A DNA stretch of 64,000 nucleotides from Octopus vulgaris (taxonomy: Eukaryota), in contig OX597831.1 in the NCBI GenBank assembly GCA_951406725.2, positions 6,696,001-6,760,000 on the forward strand, given 5' to 3'. The notes below the pieces were generated by a model. That model saw only the letters and a list, made by a program, of their open reading frames with translations. It was not told the origin of the DNA and did not search any database. This document shows, piece after piece, positions 1-13,292 of the stretch; position 1 is the stretch's first letter, and each line of letters begins with the position of its first letter. The position numbers and the translations under genes are program-made.

Positions 1-1019
1 CAGAAACACACACACACATATATATATATATATAATATACACACACACATATATACGATGGGCTTCTTTCAGTTTCCGTCTACCAAATCCACTCACAAGG
101 CTTTGGTCAGCCTGAGGCTATAGCAGAAGAAACTTGCTCAAGGTGCCACGCAGTGAAACTGAACCTGGAGCCATGTGGTTCGTAAGCAAGCTACTTACCA
201 CACAGCCACTCCTACGCCTATATATGTACACATATATGATGTAACTTATGTAGTAAATATATAAACAGGGCAAATTTAATTATTTCATCATAGATTGAAA
301 AATGTAATTTTTAAAGCTTTAAGCATTCGGATTATTCTCTCAAATATAATGCTTAATTATTCACATTGCTTTGAATTAATCGTGTGTTATCTCACAGTTT
401 TGAGATTTCAATGATGTGACTGTTTTATTTTCAAAATGGCATTCATAAACGTGGTATAAATGGAGTGAAATGGCAATGAAAAGCTTTGTTGTGGATTTTA
501 TCCATCATTCAATGCCTACTTTTCCATGATTGCATGGATCAGATGAAATTGAGGCAGATTTTTTTTTGCTGCAGCTGGAGGCCCTTCCTGCTAACAAACC
601 TCATCTTTCCAAGCAAGGTAATATTTCCCCACAGCCAGACATGTTTTGGAACTTAGCTTCTATAACAGGGATGCTCTTTCACAACCATCACATGCTGTCT
701 AGACAAGGGTACACACACACACACACATACATTTCTGACAGGCTTCGTCCAGGTTCCTTCTACTAAATCCAATCACAAGGCAACCTGGGACTATAGTAGA
801 AAGAGATTGACCAAGGTGCTGCTGTACAGTGGGACTGATCCCAGGACCTCATAATAAGGAAGCAAGCTCCTGGACCTCACAATCACTTCCAAACCAGGAT
901 TCAGCAAATTAGAAACTTCCTCTTTAAGGTGTAAAGAAGCAAAATTTTAAACATTTTTTAACAATCGTTTAAGCAATTAAAAATAGAAGAAATCAAAACA
1001 CATTTCCATTTTTATGAAA

Positions 1020-1798
1020 ATAATTCATTTTATTAATTTTTTCATCTCAATAAGACGCGGAATGTTGAGTGGGATAGATATTAAAAGGTAAAGCATTTTA
1101 TTTATAAAGAAGAAATTACAAAAGAAAAAAAATTTTCTCTTTGAAAAGATTTCCTCAATTTTGTGCCTGTCTGTTAGTTTTACATTTGAAATATTAAATT
1201 ATGTTCTTTGGTTCAACAAATGAATTTAACTCATTACAAGAATTAAATCTGGAAAAAACTAATTTACATAAAGATAAATATAAATATAAATTGTATGTTT
1301 TACTGCTTCACTCCAGTTTCCATCTGCTGGTGTTTCGGTCACGAGTTTTGAAACTAGTTTATGGAATGGGTTGCTTAATTAAGGTCACTATAACGAAGTA
1401 TGTCTTCAATAATTTAGTCGACTACCTACGATAGAGATTGAACCTCTGCTTCATAAGATACGAATCCGGTGTGTTACCAGCTCAGCCCTTGCATATCTAT
1501 AAAGTGTTCATTCCTGAATTACTTGAGACAACAAATATAAACCACATATATAATATATATAAAACGGCCAACTCAATATGATTGAGGTCCAACAGACTTC
1601 AGAAGAAATATAAAAATAGTATTTTTTAAAGGTCAATGGAAAGCATTCCTCAGTTATTGAATTGTATTCTTTTTCAAGTAAGTTTGGGATATTTTCCCAG
1701 TTGATGCCAAAGACAAAGTGATAAGCCAACAACCCCTACAATATAAGGAGTCCTACATCAAACTTTGACCAATGTTTCCCAAGCATGTCACCAAAAGT
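1020..1798 (-). other. Candidate terminal (3' UTR) exon of CCNH
   Basis: Strong minus-strand acceptor TTCTTATTTTTATATTTCAG ending at 1799; repeat-poor AT-rich stretch with AATAAA motifs (TTTATT on +) near 1030-1100. The link to the 4626 donor is inferred. Confidence 0.4.
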
Positions 1799-3655
1799 CT
1801 GAAATATAAAAATAAGAACAAATATAGGCACAAGGTCTAAGATTTTATGGGAAGGGGTTAACTGATTACATCAACCCCAGTACTCAACTGCTACTTATCT
1901 CATCGACCCCCAAAGGATGAAAGCCAAAGTTGACTTTGGTGGAATTTGAACTCATGATGTAAAGACACAGGAAATGCCACTACATATTTTGTCCACCACA
2001 CCACCAATTCTGCCGGCTTGTCATCCTGAGAGAAGAAGATGATCAAACCAGATTTGGAACAAATCTGAATCAAAGAAAACATTTGTAGAAGAGAACTTAA
2101 AATGAGAAAAGTTTAGACAGTCTTTGGTACCAGGTGAAGACATATTAAATCAATGACAGGTGCAATTCATTCCCAAACACAAAGGAATGGAAATCACAGA
2201 CTAATAAACAATTAGGGATAAGTTTCAATAAAAAAATTCAACAGCACAGGTCACAACATTCAGTGATGGATTTTGTCCCATCGGTAGTTTTAAACTGTTT
2301 AACACTAGTTTCATACTATTCCATAACTCACCAGTACTGTAAACAGAGTCTCTTTTAGTCTAAGGGGTCTTAACAGTCTCAGCCCCTCAGAAAAAGGTCC
2401 TTGGTTTGATTTCTTCTCGTCTGGTTAAGCCATAAGAAAAATGGTAGAAATCCTGATGCAGGCTTGATTTGTCATTAAAGAATTAATTTCCTTGGACACC
2501 AACACTTGTCAAATAATAAATTAACATCAATCAACCAACAATAGAGCCTATACACTGCCAGTCAAACTGCAAGAAATAACTAAATCTCCTTCAAGTCATT
2601 CTATTGTCTTGCAAAAAGAAGACCATTTGAAATAATGCAGTTGGAGAGACTTTGTGTTTATCTGAAATATAGGTTAATCAAGACTGGAATATGTCGTTGA
2701 CTGAGGTTCACCAATTCATAACTAATATAAACAAGAAATCTTTGTCAGCAACACATCTATTTGTTTTTAAGCTCAAGTGGACAGTTGGTATTTATTAGGA
2801 ATTACTCCATGGAAGACTAAAATATGACATTTTCTTCCTTAGAAGTTTCAACTTAAAATCACTAAAAACGTTCATCCTTTGCCTACGTTACATTTTCTTT
2901 TTTCATTTTAGTCATGAAAAGTTTACCTGCTGTGCCAACAGTTTATGGTTCTTCAGTTTTGACATTGTACACGTGGAAAAAGTAACATTAAACGGATTTT
3001 GTAATCACGTCAATTACGAACTGATATAATTCTAAATAGAAAGTTTTCTTAAATTCTTTCACAAATGAAACATATTAAGAAAACTTTCCATGATTTAGAT
3101 AACTTTATTCTCCATATCAATCACATACCTCTTAAACAGTAAAGATTCCGATACCTTTCAGAAATATGAAATTGGTAAAATCAAACCTGACAAACTGAAT
3201 AACTTGTAGTGTTTAGTTATGTCCCTTTATCTTCTCATGTTTTTTGAGTCCTGCTAAGATCAACTCCTCCCTCTGTCGTTCTAAAGTTGATAAAATAAAT
3301 TGTTAATTCTTTCCTCACATCAAGTGTGATTTTGTGCTGATGTTAAAAACTGTTATTTGAAGTAAATGCCAGACAGACCGGTTGCTAAAGTAACACTCAT
3401 TCTAGACAATTTCAAGTCAGCTCAAAACTCATCAATGAAATTCAGAGGCCATGGTAGCTCATTAACATTAGATGGGCTGCATTAATTTCAGTTGTGTGTG
3501 TGTGCAGTATAATAAAGGCTGGCCCTACTTGAATTCACTGCAATGTAACGTGTTGGGTGTTTATCAACCTGTAATGAACTGAGCTTTTTATTACAGCAGA
3601 TTTAGCCTTTGATATTCATATGTCTATGGGGAGAATATATAAATTTGTGATACAA

Positions 3656-3961
3656 GTGCTGGTGGCATGTAAAAGAACCATCTGAACGTGGCCGTTGCCA
3701 GCGCTGCCTTCACTGGCCTCTGTGCCGGTGGCACGTAAAAAGCACCAACCGATCGTGGCCGTTGTCAGCCTCGCCTGGCACATAAAAAGCACCCACTACA
3801 CTCACGGAGTGGTTGGCATTAGGAAGGGCATCAAGCTGTAGAAACACTGCCAGATCAGACTGGAGCATGGTGCAGCCTCCATGGCTTCCCAGACCCCAGT
3901 CGAACCGTCCAACCCATGCTAGCATGGAAAGCGGACGTTAAGCAATAATGATGATGATGAT
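3656..3961 (+). mobile_element. RTE 3'-tail repeat ending in (GAT)n, representative copy
   Basis: GGCGTTAGGAAGGGCATCCAGCTGTAGAAAC...CCCATGCTAGCATGG...GTTAAACGATGATGAT; continuous with RTE ORF remnants at 7200-7828. About 20 more copies, e.g. + 5122, 22820, 23493, 26255, 34505, 37016, 39647 and - 12811, 22183, 26564, 29569, 30728, 38779, 53777, 54910. Confidence 0.88.
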
Positions 3962-3970
3962 GTATGCATA

Positions 3971-4345
3971 TCTCTCTCTATATAAACGGCAGTTTGTCTG
4001 TGCGTGTTTCTGTGTGTCTGTTTGCTTGTACCCTCACTCTGACCACGGCTTTCAACCGATTCTGATGAAATTTGACACACACATAGCCCAATGTCATAAT
4101 TCAAAACTAACGCAGCGAAAATTTTGAAAAGTTCCCCCAGTTCTGAAAATAATCGATAAATTCGACATGGGGTCGAGAATCAGGAATACGAACCACAAAC
4201 TGTCTAGGGGACGCAACTCTACCTTTTTTAAATCTCAAAAAAATATTTACCATCATTTTTTTCCAATTTTTTGGCTATAACTCTCTAAAAATGCTTTATA
4301 GTTATTTCCCTTACAAACCTGAGCAACGCCGGGCGATACTGCTAG
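3971..4345 (+). mobile_element. Non-autonomous Helitron
   Basis: 5' TC, subterminal hairpin CCTGAGCAACGCCGGG, 3' CTAG, inserted between A and T, no TSD. Confidence 0.75.
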
Positions 4346-4637
4346 TCTAGCTATAAATATATACACATAGTGTGTGTGTGTGTGCATGCAAATACCAATT
4401 ACTCTTCTATAATCCACCAGCAAATATTTATTGCAGGCTGTTGCAAGATGGACTAATGTGTATCCCTGTCATACAGGCAGCCTTATTATTATTATTCAAT
4501 ACTCATTACTTAACTAATATTATGACCTTAATCAGGGTCATAATACAAGGTTGGTAATTGTATTAAAGCCATAACAAAAACAGAGAGCAATATAGTTATT
4601 AAATCTTGAAAAAACCAAAAATTACCTGAAGTAAACA

Positions 4638-4683
4638 CTAGAGTTTTTCATCTTCAAACATCTCTTGCATTTTTTTCTTGTAA
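4638..4683 (-). CDS. CCNH: Cyclin H exon 9 coding part (YKKKMQEMFEDEKL*)
   Basis: TTTTCCAG acceptor; phase fits exon 8; TAG at 4640-4638; a CAG|GTAAT donor follows 12 nt later (exon end 4626). Confidence 0.85.
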
Positions 4684-6764
4684 CTGGAAAATATAAATTA
4701 ACAAATTAAATGATCAAAGACAATAAAAATAATTCTGGTAACAGATACACATCCGTATTCCACAGAACCTGTTATTAAACCAAATATTTATTGTTCACTA
4801 GTTACATATTCTTAAACGAGAAAAACCCACATTTCAACAAACAGTTTCTACTTTATTTTGTCTCTACCCCAGTCAAATAATCTTTTTTTTAAATGAAATA
4901 AAATTTCCTTAAATCTGGCCAGAATGTCTTCAATTTGTCTCTAATTGAACTAAAAAACCACATGCGGGTGGCTGTGTGGTAAGTAGCTTGCTTCCCAACC
5001 ATATCATTCCTGGTTCAGTCCCAATGTGTGGCACCTTGGGCAAATGTCTTCTACTATAGCCTCGGGCTGACCAAAGCTTTGTGAATGGATTTAGTAGACG
5101 GAAACTGAAAGAAGCCTGTCATGTGCCGGTGGCACGTAAAAAGCACCCACTACACTCACGGAGTGGTTGGCGTTAGGAAGGGCATCCAGCCGTAGAAACA
5201 CTGTCAGATCAGACTGGAGCCTGGTGCAGCCTCCTAGCTTGCCAGACCCCGGTCGAACCGTCCAACCCATGCTAGCATGGAAAACGGACGTTAAATGATG
5301 ATGATGATGATGAATATTAAATGTCTGAATATTAAAACTAATTTTTGAAACTTCTTTGATGAATTGAAACTAGTTCCCTGATTTCTAACTATTTGGTTTC
5401 TTCATTAAAATCTCACAAAGTCACTGTTCCACAATTCCAATGACTATTTTGTTCTCTACAGAAATGCTTGCATAGATCTCTACTGAACTTTCACCTTTAA
5501 TCAAAAGATATAACACCAATCACGAAATTTTCACTGAATCTTCAAAAGGCTATTAAACTGCTCAAATATGTTATTTTAATGAACTGATGATAACGGTACA
5601 CAATAATCCTTTCCACTGTAGGGAGAAGGCCTGAAATTTTAGAGGAGGGGTAAAGTTGATTATATTGACTCCCAGCACTCAACTGGTATTTATTTCATTA
5701 ACCCTGAAAGGATGAAAGGCAAAGCTGACCGCGACAGAATTTGAACTCAGAACGGAAAGACAAACGAAATGCTGCTCAGTATTTTGTCCATCAGACCAAC
5801 AATTCGGTCAACTGCGCTAAAAAAATACACAAATTCTTTGGATATTCAACAATGCTGAAAGCACACAAAAAGGAGAAAAATTTTAGAAGCAAAATATCTT
5901 TTTTATTTAATCTTTTGTTTCAATCATTGGACTGTGGCCATGCTGGAGCACTGCCTTGAAGGTTTTAGTCAAACAAATACCAGTCTCTTTTTGCTGATTT
6001 GCTACATTACAGAGACGTAAACAAACCAACTCAAGCAGTCACACAGCAGGAAGGGGGGGGGGTCAAAGATATATACACACACACATGTATAGTAGCAGTC
6101 ATATCCAACTACTAGTACTGTGACCCAGCAATGTCAGGTCATAGTGCTAGTGCATGCATATACAGCTGCGTGCGTGTGCACATACACACGAGTACTGTCC
6201 AAATCTCCGACCAATCACATACAGCTAGCTGGCATTCAATTGGCGTATCAAGTTTCGGACATTTTGATTGGGTTTTGGACAGAAAATTCACAAAAAAATC
6301 ACTTCTATTGACTTTTGAATGGCTTTGCAGGGTGACTGGGGAAATGTAAAGATGTGCACAACCACCCTTGGATAGTTTTGAATTACTATAGAAAGTGTGA
6401 GCCCTCTAACTGAAAAATTGTGGATTTGTATAAAGGACACACACACAGACATTTTGCCGTTTATATATATAGAGATACACATAAGAGATATGTGCGTATG
6501 TGTGTGTGTGTACAACAGGCTTCCACACAGTTTCTATCTACTAAATTCACTCAGAAGGTAATGCTTGGCTCTGGGCTACAGAAGACACTTGTACAAGGTG
6601 CCGTGCAGTGGAACTGAACCTAAAATCACAGATCAGACATTCAATCAAGTTTTAAACAAAGTTTTGAATCCTTATTAGATTCTTCTTTTACAACAGGTGA
6701 GATATTTTTGAGATTGTTTGTTTGTTTTTCTATTGATTTCTGAAATATTTTCTTGTAAACTTAC

Positions 6765-6876
6765 ACTTCGCTGTCCGGATTGTTTTCCTGGTTACGACAT
6801 TTTTCCAACTTCTTCTCCAACTGTCGGATGTGTTCCCTCTTCAAGCTGTTCTGATTGTTCACCGTTATTTGAATTA
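6765..6876 (-). CDS. CCNH: Cyclin H exon 8 (IQITVNNQNSLKREHIRQLEKKLEKCRNQENNPDSE)
   Basis: KLE.C motif (human KLERC); TTCAG acceptor, GTAAGT donor; 112 nt. Confidence 0.92.
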
Positions 6877-7909
6877 CTGAAGAATATCACAAAGATGACA
6901 TTGGAACTTAAAATAGAGCAACATTTTGTTCTATTGAAAACATGGACCAATCTGAGAAAAATGGAGAAATTTCAGTGGAAGTAATTGAAAGGGCTTCTCT
7001 ACTGAAACAAAAATACTTTCATAATTTATCCAATATCATTAATTAATTTTGATTTTCCAATATTATACTCCTCCTCCTCCACCTCTTCGATATAACTTTA
7101 GACAAACGAGTTTGTTTTTATAGTTTAGCCTTGAGTTTTAGAAATGTCTAATTGTTTTTAGTTATGTCTGTTTAATTCACAAGAAACTTTAAAGTGTTCA
7201 GTGAAAAAGTGCCACACCCTAGCGGTTGAGGGAACCTGTGGAAGAGGTAGACCCAGGAAAACCTGGGACGAGGTGGTGAAGCACAACCTTCGAACTTTAG
7301 ATCTCACCGAGGCAATGACCAGTGACCGAGACCTTTGGAAATATGCTGTCCTTGAGAAGACCTGGCAGGACAAGTGAGACCATAACCAATGGCCTTTGCC
7401 TGGGATGTAGCCAGTCCACTTATGCGTACCTTTCCTTCTTGGGACACAAAACTCTGCTTGCGAAGACCTGCTGAGGCAAGTGAGATTGAAATCGATCAAA
7501 AATCAATGGAAATTGTAGTTGTGATACCAGTGCTGGTGGCACGTAAGAGAACCATCCGAACGTGGCCGTTGCTAGCGCCACCTTGACTGGCCTCCATGCA
7601 GGTGGCATGTAAAAAGCACCAACTGATCGCAGCCGTTGCCAGTCTCGCCTGGCACGTAAAAAGCACCCAATACACTCACGGAGTGGTTAGTGTTAGGAAG
7701 GGCATCCAGCTGTAGAAACACTGCCAGATCAGACTGGGCCTGGTGCAGCCTCCTGGCTTCCCAGACCCCAGTCGAACCGTCCAACCCATCCTAGCATGGA
7801 AAGCAGATGTTAAACGATGATGATGATGATTTGCAGTAACAAAATATTTATTAGAAATACTAATAATTAAAAATACAATAAACACAAATATTACAGTAAG
7901 CATACTTAC

Positions 7910-7980
7910 ATTTAATTTGCTGCATTGCTCGCTTCTTCTGATCTGATTCAGCTCCTTTCATTAAAATTGATGTGACATAA
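7910..7980 (-). CDS. CCNH: Cyclin H exon 7 (YVTSILMKGAESDQKKRAMQQIK)
   Basis: CTAG acceptor, GTAAGT donor; 71 nt; frame continuous with exons 6 and 8. Confidence 0.88.
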
Positions 7981-8238
7981 CTAGTAAAAGACAGAGTTTA
8001 AGCAGAAACCCATCAAGAAATAAAGGTTCAATATTTTCTTTTTGAAGAGCAAAATTACTTTGAAAAGAATTGATTTAACTTGAGGATACGGATAGTTCTT
8101 GTTTTATTGATTCTGCAGAAAAGAGAAATTCACCCTAAAAAGATTAATATTTTTCTGTTCTTTTTTATTGCTTAGTTAAAGAAGGGGAAAGTAAAAAGTA
8201 AAATAGAAATAAAAAAAAAAAAAACCTGTAAAACTTAC

Positions 8239-8294
8239 CTCATAATGTCAATGTTTTTTAAAGAACAACTGTCCAAAATAGCAGCTAATGATAT
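8239..8294 (-). CDS. CCNH: Cyclin H exon 6 (ISLAAILDSCSLKNIDIM)
   Basis: Equivalent to human IALTAILSS; TTTCAG acceptor, GTAAGT donor; 56 nt. Confidence 0.9.
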
Positions 8295-9288
8295 CTGAAA
8301 ATTAAAAAAACATGTCAATAAACAAAATCAATTTGATACAATTCACTAAATAGTATAAAGATTGAAGAAAAAATAAAACCCATTTACTCTACTGTCTGCA
8401 ATGAAATTACAATAAAATGGAGAGTCTAAGAAGACATAGAAACAGGGCGGACGCCTTAGCAGAATTATTGCCCCTACCCCCACCCCAAGGCAAACCAATG
8501 CACTGGGCCCCAGGGGGTATTTACTGGTAGTATACATAGATCAGCTGGTAGAAACGTTAGCACGCCGGGTGAAATGCGCTTAGCGGTATTTCGTCTGCCG
8601 TTACGTTCTGAGTTCAAATTCCACCGAGGTCGACTTTGCCTTTCATCCTTTCAGGGTCGACTAAATAAGTACCAGTTATGCACTGGGGTCGATATAATCG
8701 ACTTAATCCGTTTGTCTGTCCTTGTTTGTCCTCTCTGTGTTTAGCCCCTTGTGGCTAGTAAAGAAATGAGTATACGTAGGTCAGAATTGGGTCCCTAGAC
8801 TTGTATGACCCCAAGGCACATGTCAAGTGTGTCCATGTCTGACTGCATATAAATGTCCAAATTTGTAGACGATTGGTACAATTTATGATGACTTTGAAAG
8901 TTTAAAAAAAAATCCCTAACCATCCTAAGTTGATTAAAAATCTCTAATGTTCAGGTCCAGCCTTTTCAGTTCATCTTAATGGATATATTTTTGGTGAATT
9001 AATGAGTACAAAAATTTGTATATGCAGCTAATGAAAGATAAAAACTAATAAGTTTTGTTTTCATTGAAACTCAAAGACATTTTTACACAAAAATCATTGA
9101 AATGGAGTTATCTGGTTTATAGTAATTTGCTTAGCTTTCCATAAATAAACTTTAAATTAAATGCTTTGGAGAGGAAGAACAGGCTATAAACAACAGACCT
9201 TTACTGTTACGCAAATAAAGAATTGCTATTAAAGAAATAACTTGATTCCAAATAGACAAATACAATAGTAATATTTATTATACTTAAC

Positions 9289-9396
9289 CTGGGCTGGGGA
9301 AACCAACAGACAAATATCAGTTAACATGGATTTTTCTAAAAATTCTTCAGCTTGTTGTCGTAGTATTTCTGGATCACTACAAGTCTGACAGTTTGT
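9289..9396 (-). CDS. CCNH: Cyclin H exon 5 (TNCQTCSDPEILRQQAEEFLEKSMLTDICLLVSPAQ)
   Basis: PEILR...FL....LTD..LL..P.Q motif; TTACAG acceptor, GTTAAG donor; 108 nt. Confidence 0.93.
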
Positions 9397-10758
9397 CTGT
9401 AAGTAAAGAAAAAAAAAAAAAGGTTGATTTAAGAAATAAATTTAAAAACAAATATTTCAGAGAAAACCAAAGATATGGCTGTGTGATTAAGATGCTCACT
9501 TTGCAACCACATGGTTTTGGGTTCAATACCATTGCATGGCATCTTGGACAAGAGGAGAGGTTCTAGTGGTGGGCGTCCAAGCAGTTTTCATCTACTAAAT
9601 ACACTAATAAGATATTGGCTGGCCTGGGATTATAAGCAAAAGACGCCCACCACTAGAACCTCTCCTCTTGAAGAATGCATTACACAACATGAGGAAGATA
9701 TGGTAAAAGATCCTGCAATTAGGAAGAGATTTAGAGAAATTCTGACAGCAGGGAGATAGATTTAGATTCTTGTATTATAGATGAAAACTGGGGAATTCTA
9801 TGAAATACCTTGTTAAGGGCTATGGAGCAAAGTCCCAAACAAACAAGGTTATTTGGTGGTGGAATGATACAGTTGATAGGGCAATAAAGGCTAAGAGACA
9901 TGGAGGGAAAGTGTAGAGGGATGGTGGCAGTAGGGAGCATTTCCAAATGGCTAGAAAAGAACTAGGGGTCAGATATATTTGGCTAAGGGTGAGGCAGAAA
10001 GATTTGCACCTGTCTTGCAACATGTGGATCAGAGGCGTGAGGTGTGTGTGTATATATAGACTGTTTATATGAGTGTCTGTTTGTTTACATCCCTGTAACT
10101 TAGCAGTCCAGCAAAAAAGGAGCGATAGAAAAAGAACTGGACTTTGAGAAAATAAGTACTGGGGTTGATTTCTTTGACTAACCCATCAAGGTGGTGCTCT
10201 AGCATGGCCACAGTCCAATAACTGAAACAAAGAGAGATGATAGTCAAAGATCCCAACAGCACAGAAGGAAATTTTTTTTCTATCTTTTAATCAGGGGGGA
10301 AATCTGAATATGGCTAGGGACCTAGCCATATTCAGATGGCTAATGCCTCTTATGTTATGGAGCAGTTACTGTCGATATCTCATTTAGAGAATTATTATTG
10401 CTGTCGAACAGATTTTCGAAATCAGTAAATGTATTTACTTGAAAATCTTTATATATATATCCTGCATGGGGAGTTGTTTGTCGAGGAGCGGTGCCTACCA
10501 TACGTTGATAATAGGCAAACACCTTGAAACCTGGGTCCGTATGTGGCTTCCGCTTCTTCGGTGAATGATCTCCCTTTGCAGGATAGAGGACGCCGTGATG
10601 GTGTCAAGCCTTTCTGGTGACGTTGATGTTCGCCTGGGGCTAAATGCAACAGTAACAACCCCACCACCCTGCCCTGTCCCTAGCCATATTCAGATGGCTA
10701 ATGCCTCTTATGTTATGGAGCAGTTACTGTCGATATCTCATTTAGAGAATTATTATTG

Positions 10759-10805
<47 letters not shown>

Positions 10806-11748
10806 AGAGAGACAACTGTGCTGATATGGTCATGTGTTGCGTATGGATGAAGACAGTGGTATGAAAAAGTGTCACACCCTAACAGTGGAGGGAACCTGTG
10901 GAGAAGGTAGACCCAAGAAAACCTGGGATGAGGTGGTGAAGCACAACCTTTGAACATTGGGCCTCAGAGGCAATGACAAACGACCGAGATATCTGGAGAT
11001 ATGCTGTGCTTGAGAAGATCCGGCAAGCCAAGTGAGACCATAACCATGGCATTTGCCAGTGTAGCATAACCGGTCCATTTAAGAGTACCTTGCAATCATT
11101 GGGCATTATCATAGCCGATGCCAGTACTGCCTGATTGGCCCCCATGAAAAAGCACCCACTACACTCCCTAGAGTGGTTGGCATTAGGAAAGACATCCAGC
11201 TGTAGAAACACTGCCAGGTCAGATTGGAGCCTGGTGCAGCCTTCTGGTTTGCCGGTCCTCAGTCAACCCATTCAACCCATGCCAGCATGGAAAGTGGACA
11301 TTAAAGGGTGATGATGATATGTATACAAGCAAGAGGGAGGTTTGGTATCTTTTTGTGTAAAGACCTACATTGTCATCTTATATAAGGTGTAGATGTCTTT
11401 GTCTCCTTGTCCTGACACTGCATAAGAGTTGTAAACAAGTGCCACCACCATGTAAGCAGGGTCCTTAATTTCCAATCTTCCATATAAACATGTTTGGTCA
11501 TGGAGAAAATATCATCTTGCTGGTAACCAGTTTGGGGTTGGCGAGAGGAAGGACATCCAGCCATAAACAATTTGATGATGAGGAGAAGGAGATAAGAAGA
11601 AAAAATGTATGGCTCAGAGCACCAATCAAACCCCCTTAATATTTAACTTAAAAATGATATTTCCTGAGAATGCAAAAATTCCTTTTAATCTTTCACAAAC
11701 TCCTAAATGTGAAAACGAAAGTGGTGTAAGAAGTTCTGTAAGTCTCAC

Positions 11749-11950
11749 CTTCATATCAATGAGAAAACCTTCAAGAGGACGGAAAGGATTGTGGACAGTC
11801 AAATGATAGGACAGCTTCTCCATGAGCAACAATTCAAATCCAAGAATAACATTAGCAAATTTGTCCCGATCTCCTTTCAGGTTCCCAACAAACTGGTTGA
11901 TAGACACATTGAATTCTTCCACTTTGCTTGCTAAATATACACTTGTTAAC
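11749..11950 (-). CDS. CCNH: Cyclin H exon 4 (LTSVYLASKVEEFNVS...HLTVHNPFRPLEGFLIDMK)
   Basis: Conserved LA.KV.EFNVS and VHNP.RP.EGFLID motifs; CAG acceptor, GTGAGA donor; 202 nt, phase matches exon 3. Confidence 0.97.
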
Positions 11951-12509
11951 CTGGGTGAAGAAAAGAAATGTAAACTCATTTTATTAACATATTGAACTAT
12001 TTTAACCATACTTCTCTTGAAAAACACTAGCTTTTGTTTCAGTTAATTTTAAAATAATGAAGAATTTAGTAAAACAAATTGTTATAATGAAACTACTGAT
12101 TAGAGCATGAATTAAAGTAAAATTTTGATGGCAGCTTTTAATTTCAATCACTTTAAAAGAGAAAGTTTGCTCAGGGAGTGAGGGACAGTCTTTCATTCGC
12201 AACAACTTTGGAACCTACCAAAATAAATGATTTCCAGCCTCCTGCTGAAGCCAGCATCTCACAGTGCAAGCTATATCATCATCCTTGTACTAACACCCCC
12301 TTTCCCATGGGGAAGTGGATGGCTCAGACAATTCATTGAGGTAGATTTTTTATTAGGGCCAGATGCCCTTCTTTTCACCAACCCTCACCTGTTTCAAGTA
12401 AGGTAAGCTTTCGTCCATGACTGGACAGAAAAAACTGGGAATGAAGAACGCTATATGACAGTGACACTCATTTACAATTATTGCACAATGTCAAAACAAG
12501 GAGACAGTA

Positions 12510-12540
<31 letters not shown>

Positions 12541-12552
12541 CATACATATGTA

Positions 12553-12705
12553 TGTCCTTGCATCCCCTAGTGGCTTCTCTCCCTTCTCACATCGATGACA
12601 CCAACCATGCTCTTCGTCTATTCAACTCTTTCTCCTTCCCTCCTGGCCCCTCCAAACTTCTCTTTACACTGGACATCCAGAGCCTCTACACTGTGATCCC
12701 TCACC
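12553..12705 (+). mobile_element. Penelope-like element reverse-transcriptase fragment
   Basis: LPSHIDDTNHALRLFNSF...LFTLDIQSLYTVIPH matches the PLE RT motif (D-V/I-x-SLYT-x-IP); embedded in TA/CA microsatellite. Confidence 0.75.
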
Positions 12706-13292
12706 ACATACATACATATTTATGCATACACTTTTTACATACAAATGAAGGGTTTCTTTCAGTTTCTATCTCCCAAATCCATTCATGAGGCTTTGATTGA
12801 TCCTGGGCTATCATCATCATCATCGTTTAATGTCCGTTTTCCATGCTAGCATGGGTTGGCCGGTTCAACTGGGGTCTGGGAAGCCAGGAGGCTGCACCAG
12901 GCCCAGTCTGATCTGGCAGTGTTTCTACAGCTAGATGCCCTTCCTTACGCCAACCACTCCGTGAGTGTAGTGGGTGCTTTTTACGTGCCACCGGCACAGG
13001 CTATAGTATAAACATTTGTCCAAGATGCCATGCTATAGGGCTGCCCTGAAACTATGTGGTTGGGAAGCAAACTTCTTAATCCCTAAATTCCATAAAACCT
13101 TTATCAGCAATTTAACCAAAGTGGAAATAAGTTGTTTCTGAGAAGAAACGGTCCGGACAGATTTCTTAAACGTTTTATAATTAAATCCTATTTCTGTAAT
13201 TTGAGATAAAAAGGTTGCTCATTTATCAACCAAAATGTCCAGAGTTGTATAGCTCTTAAAACCTGCTTCTAAAACATCATTCATGACTTTAA

